Positions 36,132 to 46,343 of a stretch of DNA of 64,000 nucleotides are shown in pieces. A program made the translations under genes and the position numbers. This DNA is from Parvularia atlantis (taxonomy: Eukaryota). How positions within the stretch are numbered: the stretch's first letter is position 1; each line of letters begins with the position of its first letter. Where the stretch lies: positions 1 to 64,000 of the forward strand of contig CALSCO010000306.1 in NCBI GenBank assembly GCA_943704415.1, read 5' to 3'. The notes below the pieces were generated by a model that searched no databases, was not told the origin of the DNA, and worked only from the letters and a program-made list of their open reading frames with translations.

Positions 36132-36853
36132 ATGAGTGACCTCCTCGGGCTCGCGGCCGCCGTCTTCGCGCTGGGCTACTGGGTCGTCTCGGAGGGCGTC
36201 ATGCGGTGCGCCTGCACATTGCGGTGCGCACGGGGCTGATGCCACGCGCGCCGGCATCAAGCGACAAGACGGCGACGAGCATGAGCGAGCAGACGCCCGA
36301 GGACCGCGAGACGGTCGTGCTCGGGCTGCGCGTGCCCGTGCGCAGCACCGTGCTCGTCGTGTCGACCATCGTCTTCCTGCACGTGTTCCACCCGCTTGCG
36401 CCACTGCTGCTCGGCCCGCTCGGCGCGGTGCGGCTGCCGCTGGCGCTGCGGCTGGGCGCCGTCGCGGCGCAGGCCGGCGCGATGTACCTGCGCTACCGCG
36501 CGATGCGCGAGCTCGGCCGCTTCTTCACGGCGTCGCTGGTGACGCGCAGCCAGCAGAAGATCGTGCAGGGCGGGCCGTACGCGGTCGTGCGGCACCCAGG
36601 TGCGCCCGCGCTGCCGAATCAGACGTGGCTCACGCACATGGCAGGGTACGCCGCCAACTTTCTGCTGCAGACGAGCACGTCGCTCGTGTGCTCGCAGAAC
36701 GTGCTCGCGCTGGGCGTGGTGCTGCTGCTGATGTTTGCGATGTGGGATGGGCGCATGGCCAACGAGGAGCGCCTGCTGATGCGCCAGTTCCCGGCCGAGT
36801 ACGGCGCGTACAAGCAGCGCGTGCCCTACCGCATCCTGCCCGGTGTGTACTGA
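36132..36853 (+). CDS. Isoprenylcysteine carboxyl methyltransferase (ICMT/PEMT) family membrane methyltransferase, 3 exons
   Basis: LGRFFT...QKIVQGGPYAVVRHP|GY and EERLLMRQFPAEYGAYKQRV. Confidence 0.8.
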
Positions 36854-36885
36854 CAGACGGCTGGGAGACACACCATCGTGCGCTC

Positions 36886-38822
36886 TCACTTGTACTGCGT
36901 GCTGATGAGCTTGGCGATCGTCTGCAGCTGGATGTTGGACGTGCCCTCGTAGATCGCGCCGATCTGCGCCGAGGCGTTGGAAAGCGTGCACGGCGCACAC
37001 AGCACGCGCGGGCGCACCTTGCAATCGCGGTAGAATTTCTCCACGGGAAAGTCCTTCGTGAAGCCGACGCCGCCGAGCATCTCGACGCACTTGGACGCGG
37101 TACGCTCGGCCACCTGCGACGAGTACAGCTTGGCCATGGCCGCCTCCTTCACAAACGGCTGGCCCTGCTCCTATTGCGGGGCGCGGCGACGCGTTGAGCG
37201 CACCGTCACGTGCGCGCAGAGGGGCGCACCTTGAGGCGCGCGGCGTTGTACACCATCAGGCGCGCGGCCTCGATCTCGACGGCGAGCTGCGCGTACTGGT
37301 GCTGCACGGCCTGGGAGCGACGGCGTGTGGGTGCAACAGCGTGCAGCCGGCCGCGGCGGCGCACCTGCATGTCGCCAATCGCCTGGCCAAACTGCTTGCG
37401 CTGGAACAGGTACGGCAGCGTGGCGTCCAGGGCGCCCTGCCGCACGGCGGCGCACGCGTGAGCGCGCATCAACTGATGTGCACGCGCGCCGCACCTGCGC
37501 CAGACCAATCATCTGCGCGCCGATGCCGATGCGGCCCTCGTTCAGGATCTCGATCGCACACTTGTAGCCCTGGCCGACCGCGCCAATCACGTTGTCCTTG
37601 GGCACGCGCACGTCCTCGAGGATGACCGGGTGGGTCGATGACGCGCGAATGCCGAGCTTGTTCTCCTTCTTGCCGAGCTGCACGCCCATGCTCTTCTCGA
37701 CGACGAAACACGTGATGCCCTGCGCGCGGCGAGCCCCGCTCTTTGTCAGCAGCCGGGCCGCACCGGGGCGCAGCCGCACCTTGTAGCCCTTGCTAAAGTC
37801 AGTGTTGGCAAAGACGAGGAAGATGTCGGCCTCGCCCGAGTTGGTGATCCACAGCTTGGTGCCGTTGAGCACCCAGTGGCTGCCGTCGAGGCGCGCGCTC
37901 GCCTGCACATCGCGCCTGAGCCGCACTGGCACACGCAGCGGGCCGGCGCCACCTTCATCGCGAACGCGTCCGAGCCCGAGCTCGCCTCCGACAGGCAGAA
38001 GCAGCCGACCTTCACGCGCGGCCGCGTCAGCAAGTATCCATCACGCGCGCGGTGCGTGTGCGTGGGCGGGCGCACCGAGCTGGTCGCCAGGCGCGGCAGG
38101 AACGTCTTCTTGAGGTCGGCCGAGCCGTACTTGCGGAAGAGCGTGTTGACGAGCGTGTTCTGCGTGTTGCGCGGCGGTTCAGTTGTGCCCGTTTGCCGCG
38201 CCGGCGCGCGTACCTGCACATCGCAGATCACACTGACGGCCGGGTCGATCTTGGCGAGCTCTGCGGCGCGCTGTGAGCGAACAGTCGGGCGCAGTAACCG
38301 CGGGCGCACCCTCAATGGCGAGGATGCACGCCGTAAACGACGCGTTCGTGCCCTGGTACTCGCTCTCGGTCTCGATGCCCATGTACTGCACACGCGTGCG
38401 TCAGCTACCACACGGGCGCGCACGCGCGGGCGCGCCACGCACGCCCTGCTCAAACAGGCCCTTGAGGATGCCCCGCTCAAGCTTGTTGTTCTCGTCCATC
38501 GCGGCGACGTGCGGCTTGATGATCTCGCGGGCGAAGCGGCGCGCTGCGGCGCGGCGTGTATGAGCGCGACGCCGCGCGCGCAGCCGCCGCGCAGCGCACC
38601 GGCGTCACGCATCAGCCGCTCGCTGTCGGTGAGCGTGTTGAGCGACGGGACGGTCTCGGCCGAGGGCTCGGCGGCGACCGCGGCCGCGGCGAGCGCCTGG
38701 CGCAGCGGGCGGCTCGCATCGGCGAGGACGCTGAACGAGCGGGCGGCGGTGCTGCACGGCGGGGCGTGCGCGCGCGTGAGCAGGGCCCCACGAACGGCGC
38801 GCGTTCCGCACCGCATGGCCAT
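36886..38822 (-). CDS. ACADSB: Short/branched-chain acyl-CoA dehydrogenase, mitochondrial
   Basis: [91 protein letters not shown]. Confidence 0.93.
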
Positions 38823-38860
38823 GCTGCAACGCGCTTAGCTGGCGGAGAATTTCACCCAGC

Positions 38861-40175
38861 ATGTCCGAGCGTCACCCAACCGCAGCTTTGCGCGCGCCGC
38901 CTGCGCCGTCGGCCGCACCGCGCGCCACGCCGTTCTACTTTGGCGGGCTCGCGTCGTGCGTGGCGACGCTGTGCACGCACCCGTTGGATCTCATCAAGGC
39001 GCGTGCGGGCGGCGCGCGCGGGCGCCGGCCCTGACACTTGCGCGCGCGCGCGGCAACAGGTGCGCATGCAGACGGCCGCGCAGGCCACGGGCGCCGGCGC
39101 AGCGCCCGCGGGCGCGCGGTCAGGCATGCTGCGCACGGGCCTCAACGTGGCGCGCAACGAGGGCGTGCTCAAGCTGTACTCGGGGCTGTCGGGTGCGGCG
39201 CAGACGCGGCGCTCGTTCAGGCCGCGCGGTGACTCATCCGAAGCACGCAAGCCGCGCTCCTGCGCCAGTGCACGTACTCGGTTGTGCGGTTCGGCGCGTA
39301 CGACGTGTTCAAGGAGTGGGTCGGCGGCGACACGAAGCAGCGGCCGATGTCGTCGTGGACGAAGGTCGTAGTGGCGATGGCGGCAGGTGCGCTGCTGTTG
39401 GCAACGGTCACCGCGTGCGCACACCGGCTGACCGAGCGCGGCGGCAGGCGCGGCGGGCGGCATCTGCGGCAACCCGGCCGACGTGGTCAACATCCGCATG
39501 CAGAACGACGGCAAGCTGCCCGTGGACAAGCGGCGGCACTACCGGCACGCTGTCGGTGAGCGCGGCCTGCACCATCGCACGGCAGCCTTACGAAACGCAG
39601 ACGGCCTCGTGCGCATTGTCCAAGGCGAGGGCGTGGGCGCGCTGTGGCGTGGGTGGCGGCCCAACGTCGGCCGCGCGATGCTCATGACGGCCGGGCAGCT
39701 GGCGACGTACGATGTGGCCAAGGCGTGGATGCTGTCGACCGGGTGCGCGCTCACTCCCTGCGTGCGTGTCACACACGGCTCACCTCGCTCGCGCAGCTAC
39801 TTCCGCGACAACTTGACGACGCACTTTGGCGCGAGCTTGCTGGCAGTGCGCTTGGCCTGCCCGCGCCGTGCCGTGTGACTTACGCGGCGCGCCACAAGGG
39901 TCTCGTTGCCACGACGATCTGCTCGCCGCTCGACGTCGTCAAGACGCGCGTGATGAACGCGCGCCCGGGCGAGCCGACGGTGCGGTACAGCCGCACTCTG
40001 CCCGGCCGCTAACGGCGCGCTCGCGCAGAGCATGCTCGCGGTCGCGCGGCTTACGCTGGCCAACGAGGGCGCGCTCGCGTTCATGAAGGGCTGGCTGCCG
40101 TCGTACGCGCGCCTCGGGCCACACACGATCATCACCTTCCTCGTGCTCGAGCAGATGAAGGCGCGGCTGTTGTGA
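38861..40175 (+). CDS. Mitochondrial dicarboxylate carrier (DIC1/SLC25A10-like)
   Basis: PFYFGGLASC...THPLDLIK|VRMQ, ALLRQCTYSVVRFGAYD, GNPADVVNIRMQND, RAMLMTAGQLATYD, HFGASL, SPLDVVKTRVMN, RLGPHTIITF. Confidence 0.9.
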
Positions 40176-40254
40176 TCCGGGTCTGCATTACCAAGCGCAA
40201 ACAACAACACGGCCCCCCCCCCCCAAAACGCGCGCGCACGCGGCACAGGCGCCT

Positions 40255-41008
40255 TCACAGCAGGCTGTCCATCTTGGCAAAGACCTGGAGCACGCCGGCC
40301 ATGATCTCGGTGTTGGTTCGTGTGTTCTTGTCGGTGTACTTGGAGTACTCGGCCAGGAGCTCGTCCACGCGCGTAAAGGCGGCGTCGCGCTGCGCGTGCG
40401 ACAGGTTGACGAGGGCTGCGGCGGAGCGGCCGCGCGCTGTCAGCAACCCATCTGCACGCTCGGGCGCGCGCGCGCGTGCGCACCGTTCTCGACCACGTTG
40501 GCGGCGTAGGCGGCGCAGACCATGGCGATCGTGCGCCGGTCGGGGTTCGGGCCTCGCCTGCCGTTTCGCGCCCCCGGTCACCTCTCCGCAGGCACGCTCC
40601 CGGGCGGCTGTGCACCTTAGCAGCGTGTCGACCGTCCTGCGCACGAGGTCCTCCTTGACTTGCATGTTGGCAATCGGATGCGTGGCCATGTCAAACAAAA
40701 GGAAATTCTGCTTCTCTGTCCGCAGGACACCCTGGCGGCGGCGGTGTCAGCGCGTACGGCGCAGGCGCACCGGCCGGGCGCACCTTGTCGACCAGGCCCT
40801 TCTGGATGCGCTCACGCACCTGCTTTAGCTGCAGGCCCATCTTCATCAGGTTCCACGTCTCGCCTAGGCCGGGCTCAGCGCTCCCGGCTCGTGCAGGCGC
40901 ATGCGCGTGCCGCCGCGCACCCGAGAGCAGGTCGATCCAGTTGACGATGTTTTGCTGCTCGACCGCGATCATCTTGAGCGCCTCGTCGAGCAGCACGTCG
41001 CCCGTGGG
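40255..41008 (-). CDS. VPS74: Vps74/GOLPH3 Golgi PI4P effector, C-terminal part only (5' exons missing at the C19 run)
   Basis: [26 protein letters not shown]...[35 protein letters not shown], terminal KMDSLL. No upstream coding exon or ATG found. Confidence 0.9.
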
Positions 41009-41053
41009 CTGTGTGTGCGCGCGCGGCACGCACTGAGCGACACTGCGAGCGCA

Positions 41054-41072
41054 CCCCCCCCCCCCCCCCCCC
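41054..41072. repeat. C19 homopolymer between two 5'-truncated divergent genes
   Basis: Directly visible. Confidence 0.95.
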
Positions 41073-41118
41073 GTGTCCCGTTTTGCGGCTGCGTCTCGCT
41101 CACGAGCGCGGCGCTCAG

Positions 41119-41934
41119 TGCTCCTCAAGCGCGACGCCGTGCTGCACCCGCCCCCGGGCGCCGCGGCGCTGCCCGCGAGTGCGGTCCAGCAGGCGCACGT
41201 TGAGGCGTTCCAGCCGGACGAGATCGCGCGCGCCGCGGCGCTCGTTGCGGCCGAGGAGGCCAAGCTGCGCACGGAGCTGGACGACGAGACTTTTGCGGCG
41301 CTGTGGGAGGAGACCTACGCCGAGTGGGTCTTTGTGCCGGCGACGCAGAGGTGCGCGCCCGCGTTAGGCAGCCTGTGAGGTAGCTGACCGTTTGGCATGC
41401 CAGCTTCACGCGCGCCTCTGCCGCGTCCAAGGCCGATCGCATCGCGTCGCTCTCGAACGAGCTGCAGATCAACCGCTCGCGCATGATGAGCGAGGCCAAG
41501 AAGGCGTCCAAGCACGAGGGCCGTCTCAATGTCCTCCTGGGCGGCTACCAGGTGCGGGCGCGCATGAGCGAGCGCGGGGAGGACAAGGCGCTGACGGCGC
41601 GACGTGCGCCCAGAGCCGTGCGTTCACTCTGACGAAGCAGATCAACGAGACGTACAAGCAGCTGGAGAACGCGCGCGTCGAGCTGATCTGCTTCCGCGAG
41701 CTCGCCGCCGCCGAGCGGCAGGGGTTGCAGCAGCGGGTGGAGGTGCGTGCGATCGATGCGATCAAGCGCGTATGGTGAGCGCAGCTTTGCTGATGCCATG
41801 TGCGCGCGCACACACAGCGGCTCCGTGTCGACGTCGACCAGCAGCGCCAGCGCGAGGGCGAGCTGCAGAAGCGCTACGGCGCGCTCGTGCTCGAGCGCGA
41901 CCTGCTGTCGGGCGCGCCACCTGTGAGCTCGTGA
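41119..41934 (+). CDS. CDC5L: CDC5L/Cef1 spliceosome (Prp19 complex) protein, C-terminal part only (Myb domains absent)
   Basis: [62 protein letters not shown]. Starts at a splice acceptor. Confidence 0.88.
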
Positions 41935-41959
41935 GATCTGTTTGTGTTGCGCGGCGCAG

Positions 41960-42582
41960 ATGGCTGGCATCGACGACGACGACGACGGCGCGATTGACGA
42001 CGCGATCGACGCGGCGACGCCGACGGAGCGCGACCAGCGCACGACCGAGGCCGCGGTGCTCGCGCTGCTGGACGCGGCCCTCGCGGCGCCCGAGCCGTTC
42101 GCGACGCGCGCACTGCAGCGGCGGCAGCACGTCGCGTTCCTGCGCGCGGCGTTGTTGTCTGGCCTGCCGTCATCGTACGCCTCGCTGGACGCCTCGCGGC
42201 CGTGGCTGCTGTACTGGATCGCGCAGGCGCTGGCGCTGCTGGGCGCGCCGCTGGACGGGGCCGTTGCGGATCGGTGCTGCGCCGCGTGCTGCTGTCGTGG
42301 CTGATCGGGTGCTGATCGCGCTTGGCGCGCCGCATCGGCAGCGTCGTCGACGCGCTGCTGCGCTGCCAGAGCCCCACCGGCGGCTTCGGCGGCGGCCCCG
42401 GGCAGCTCGCGCACCTCGCGCCGACCTACGCCGCCGTCAACGCCCTCGTCGTGCTCGGCGTCGAGCGCGGCCTGCGCGGCATCGACCGCCCTGCACTCGT
42501 GCGGTGGCTGGCGCGCCTGCGCCGCCCGGACGGCTCGTACGTGATGCACGAGGACGGTGAGGTCGACTTGCGGTGCGTCTCA

Positions 42583-42650
<68 letters not shown>

Positions 42651-43645
42651 ATACTGCTGCTGATACTGCTGCTGGCCACGATCGCGACCGCGCGCAGAGG
42701 CGCCTACTGCGCCGTCGCCGTCGCCAGCACCTGTGACGTACTCCGCCCGGCCCTCGTCGACGGCACAGCCGCGTGGATCGCGCGCTGCCAGACCTACGAG
42801 GGCGGCCTGGGCGGCCTGCCGGGCCTCGAGGCGCACGGCGGCTACACCTTCTGCGGCCTCGCGGCGCTGCACCTGCTGGGCGAGGTCAGGCGCGTGCACG
42901 TGCCGCGGCTGCTGGTGCGCACAGCCCGCGGTCCTCCGCCACACGGCCCACGCATGACGCGCCGCAGCACTGGGCCGCGCGCCGCCAGATGACCGTCGAA
43001 GGCGGGTTCCAGGGGCGCACCAACAAGCTCGTCGACAGCTGCTACTCGTTCTGGGCCGGCGCGCTCTTCCCGCTCCTGGCCGCGCGTGCGTCGGCCCCCG
43101 TGCCCGCAGCCTCAGCCCTCCTCGGCTGATGCATCCGCGCGCAGACGTCGGCCCCGTCGCGGGCGACGACACGTGCCTCTTTGATCGCGGTGCGTCATTT
43201 CGTGCGACGTCGCCGCTGCAGCGCTCAGCCGCCACCCGCAGACGCACTGCAGGAGTACCTGATCACGTGCTGCGAGGTGCCCGCCGGCGGCTTCCGCGAC
43301 AAGCCGGGCAAGTGCGCGCGCACGTCGTGCACAGCTGGCGCGACGTGCTCACGGGCGGCGGGGCAGAAACCGCGACCACTACCACACGTGCTACGCCACG
43401 AGCGGCCTCTCGATCGCGCAGCACCACTACGCGCTCGCAGCAGACGGCACGTGCGTCGAGACCGGCGTGCACGTGCGCGGCCACGAGGACAATCTGCTGG
43501 TGTGCGGCGCCCGTACGTCAGCCGCCGTGTCGCGCTCATCACGGGGGCGCGACAGACGCCGACCGACCCCGTGCTCAACGTGCCCGTCGACCGCCTCGCC
43601 GCGGCGCGGCGCCTGTTCCGCTCACTCCCGCCCGTGGTCGACTGA
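41960..43645 (+). CDS. FNTB: Protein farnesyltransferase beta subunit
   Basis: LDASRPWLLYW, GGFGGGPGQLAHLAPTYAAVN, GEVDLR|GAYC, CQTYEGG...EAHGGYTFC, GGFQGRTNKLVDSCYSFW, RDKPGK|NRDHYHTCY. Confidence 0.95.
42582..42674. repeat. Compound trinucleotide tract (CCG)n-(CTG)n-(CTGCTGCTGATA)n inside FNTB intron 42573-42697
   Basis: Directly visible; flanking exons join as EVDLR|GAYC. Confidence 0.9.
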
Positions 43646-43674
43646 TCGCTGTACACGTGTGACACAACGAAGCG

Positions 43675-44756
43675 TCACTTCTTCAACCGCGCGCGCTTGT
43701 TGGCCGCGCTGGCCGCCGCTGCTGCCGCCGCTGCAGCCGCTGCTGCAGTGGCCGCCGGCGGACCCGCGGGCGGTGGAGGGCTCTCGAGCGGCCGCTTCGC
43801 GCTGGCCTGCGGCGGCGGCGTCGGCTGTGCTGTCGGCTGTGCTGTCGGCTGTGCTGTCGGCTGTGCTGTTGCCGGGGGCTGTGCTGTTGCCGGGGGCTGT
43901 GCTGTTGCCGGGGGCTGTGCTGTTGCCGGTGGTTGTGGTGTCTGCTGCGGCGCCGTGGTGGCGGCGGTCGAGGCCGCGGCCTGCGAGGCGAGCATGTCGA
44001 GGAGCACGTCGTAGCTGCGGCTGAACGCGTACGCCGTGCTCGCGTCCGCGCCGTGCGCGGCGTCCGCGACAGCCGCGTCGGCCGACGGCCCCGCCGCCAC
44101 GGCCGCGCCACGCCAGCCGTACCCGCTCGAGGGCGTGAACGTGACGTGGTCGGCGGCGACGTGGAACGCGCGTGCGAGGGCCAGTGCGCTCGCCTGCTGC
44201 GATCGCGGGCACGATCAGCACCTGCACGATGCGGCCTCGCGCACACCATCCGCGCCGACATGACGCGGCTCAGCGCGGGCGCCTCGTACACCGTGCCGTT
44301 GACGATGTAGTAGGCGGCGAGCGGCACGGCCGCGCCGGGGCTGCTGCGGCGCTGCTTCGTGATCACGTACAGGTGGGGCGGGTCGGCCGTGCTCACGTCG
44401 TACTCGAGGCCGGTCATCTGCCTGCGGATGCGCGCGTGCCACGCGATCGATGGTCGGCACACACACACACCCACACACGGTGGGCGAGCGCGCACGCACA
44501 GCAGCGCCGCGCGCTCGCTCGCTGGCTCGTCGTCCGCAACCTCGCGCCCGACCGCGCGCTGCATGCGCAGGTACTGGTTGTTGCAGCTGCGGTCGTAGAA
44601 CTGGCTCATGGCGAAGTAGTCGAGCACGGTCGCGGCGCTGAGGACGTTGCCCTGGCGCATGACGCGCCGCGTGAGGCCGTGTGGGGGGCGCCGTGTGGGG
44701 GGGCGCACAGCGAGCCACCCGGGATCGGTGAAGGACAGCGGCGCGTCAGCCATCAT
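43675..44756 (-). CDS. MED6: Mediator subunit Med6 with [10 protein letters not shown] repeat tail
   Basis: [64 protein letters not shown]. Confidence 0.93.
43821..43928. repeat. Coding minisatellite: 12-bp (TCGGCTGTGCTG) and 18-bp (TTGCCGGGGGCTGTGCTG) units in the Med6 tail
   Basis: Directly visible; encodes (QPPATA)n(QPTA)n. Confidence 0.9.
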
Positions 44757-44845
44757 GGTCGGGTGTCATGGAAGTCGCGAACGCGCGGCGGCCGCGTTGC
44801 TGTGTGTTTTTTGCACATGTTGTGCACGCACAGGGCACTGCGGAC

Positions 44846-44848
<3 letters not shown>

Positions 44849-44937
<89 letters not shown>

Positions 44938-44941
44938 GAGA
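44849..44941. repeat. (AG)n microsatellite, ~45 units
   Basis: Directly visible, between the divergent Med6 and PDZ genes. Confidence 0.95.
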
Positions 44942-45105
44942 CCGGGAGAAGATCGCCGCGCTCCCGGTGTCTCACCTGGGATGCCTCCGTTTCACCCGTG
45001 CAGGTCGGCCGAACGACCCGCCGTGTCACGCGCCTCGTCCTCGCCACTGCGCCTCGTCCCCGCGCCTCGTCCGCCTCGTCTCGTCCGCCTCAACCCTCGC
45101 GCCCG

Positions 45106-45879
45106 ATGGCCACCGACGTCGCGCCCACAGCGGCATCGCCCTCCACGACCGCCGGCCCGCCCGCGCCGCTGTCGCTCCCCGCGCGCCGCCGCTCCACATC
45201 GCCGCCCGGGGAGGCCGCGACGCCGCACACGCCCGGCGGCGACGAGTTTGCGGAGCTCTACGGCGAGACGGCCGCCGCGCCGCTGCCGTCGCCCAACTTT
45301 GTCGTGCTGACGATCAAGGCGCACGAGGGCGGGTTCGGGATGCGCCTGCGCCACTCGCGCCACAAGCCCGGATTCCGCGTCACCCACGTCGCGCCGCACT
45401 CGCTGGCCGAGACGCTCGGACTGGCGCGCGGCGACCTGCTCTACGCCATCGACAACTCGCCCATCGCCCGCTGGACCTTCGACACCGTCGTCGAGCGCCT
45501 CGCCTCGCGCCACCTGCACTCACTCACCGTCCTCCCCGCCCGCTTCCTGCCCGAGCACTACCCCGTCCTCAGGAGCCTCAAGCGCACGCTTCTCCGCACC
45601 CTTAGCGGCTCATTGGCATCGTCCAGCGAGGACCTGCACCACCACCCAAACCACCATTCAAACCAGCACGCCGTCCTTCAGCACCACCCGCAGCCCCGCG
45701 CCGTCTCGCCCGGCGTGCTCGAGCCCAACGACTTCCACGACATTGAGCACCCGCCGCGCGGCGACCTGGCCCCCACCAGGCCGCTCGAGCGCACCGTGTT
45801 GGATGCCGAGAGCCCGAGCAGCGACTACGACAGCTACGACGACCTCACGGGCGGGCACAGCACCTCGCGCGACGTGTGA
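45106..45879 (+). CDS. Single-PDZ-domain protein, intronless, with disordered flanks
   Basis: VLTIKAHEGGFGMRL...FRVTHVAPHSLAETLGLARGDLLYAIDNSPIARWTFDTVVERL matches the PDZ pattern (GFG loop, GLxxGDxxxxID). Confidence 0.75.
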   Translation: MATDVAPTAASPSTTAGPPAPLSLPARRRSTSPPGEAATPHTPGGDEFAELYGETAAAPLPSPNFVVLTIKAHEGGFGMRLRHSRHKPGFRVTHVAPHSLAETLGLARGDLLYAIDNSPIARWTFDTVVERLASRHLHSLTVLPARFLPEHYPVLRSLKRTLLRTLSGSLASSSEDLHHHPNHHSNQHAVLQHHPQPRAVSPGVLEPNDFHDIEHPPRGDLAPTRPLERTVLDAESPSSDYDSYDDLTGGHSTSRDV

Positions 45880-45926
45880 CCGGCCCGCGCCTCTCCGCTC
45901 TCTGCTCCCCCGCTCTTGCTTGCAAT

Positions 45927-45972
45927 TGTTTATGTAGCCCAAGGCTACATGTTTATGTAGCCCAAGGCTACA
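45927..45972. repeat. Perfect 23-bp tandem duplication; each unit contains a TGTAGCC-CAA-GGCTACA hairpin
   Basis: TGTTTATGTAGCCCAAGGCTACA at 45927-45949 and 45950-45972. Confidence 0.9.
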
Positions 45973-46343
45973 GTAGTGCGTACGTACACCGGTGAGTGCC
46001 AGCGATTGCGAGCCGGCCACGTTCATTGCGGGCCGGGCACGCTCACTGCGAGCCGTCCAAGCCACGTTCAAGGGAAAGCTGCCCAAGATTGTACACGAGG
46101 GGAGGGAGGGCGAACACAACCAAGGTTCACACAACCGACGATAGGACGACGCGGGGAGAGGAGAGGGCGGGCTCGCGGGGTGGAGAGGAGGGAAAATAAA
46201 ACGGGACAAGGAACGACACCGCCACGGCCGGGCCCCGCGGTGCGACGACGACGAGAGGAAGAGAAACGAGGGCAAATGCATGGGTGCTTTGACGACGCGG
46301 GGTGGAGGGAAGAGATGGCGCTACAGGAACATCACCGCGACGC

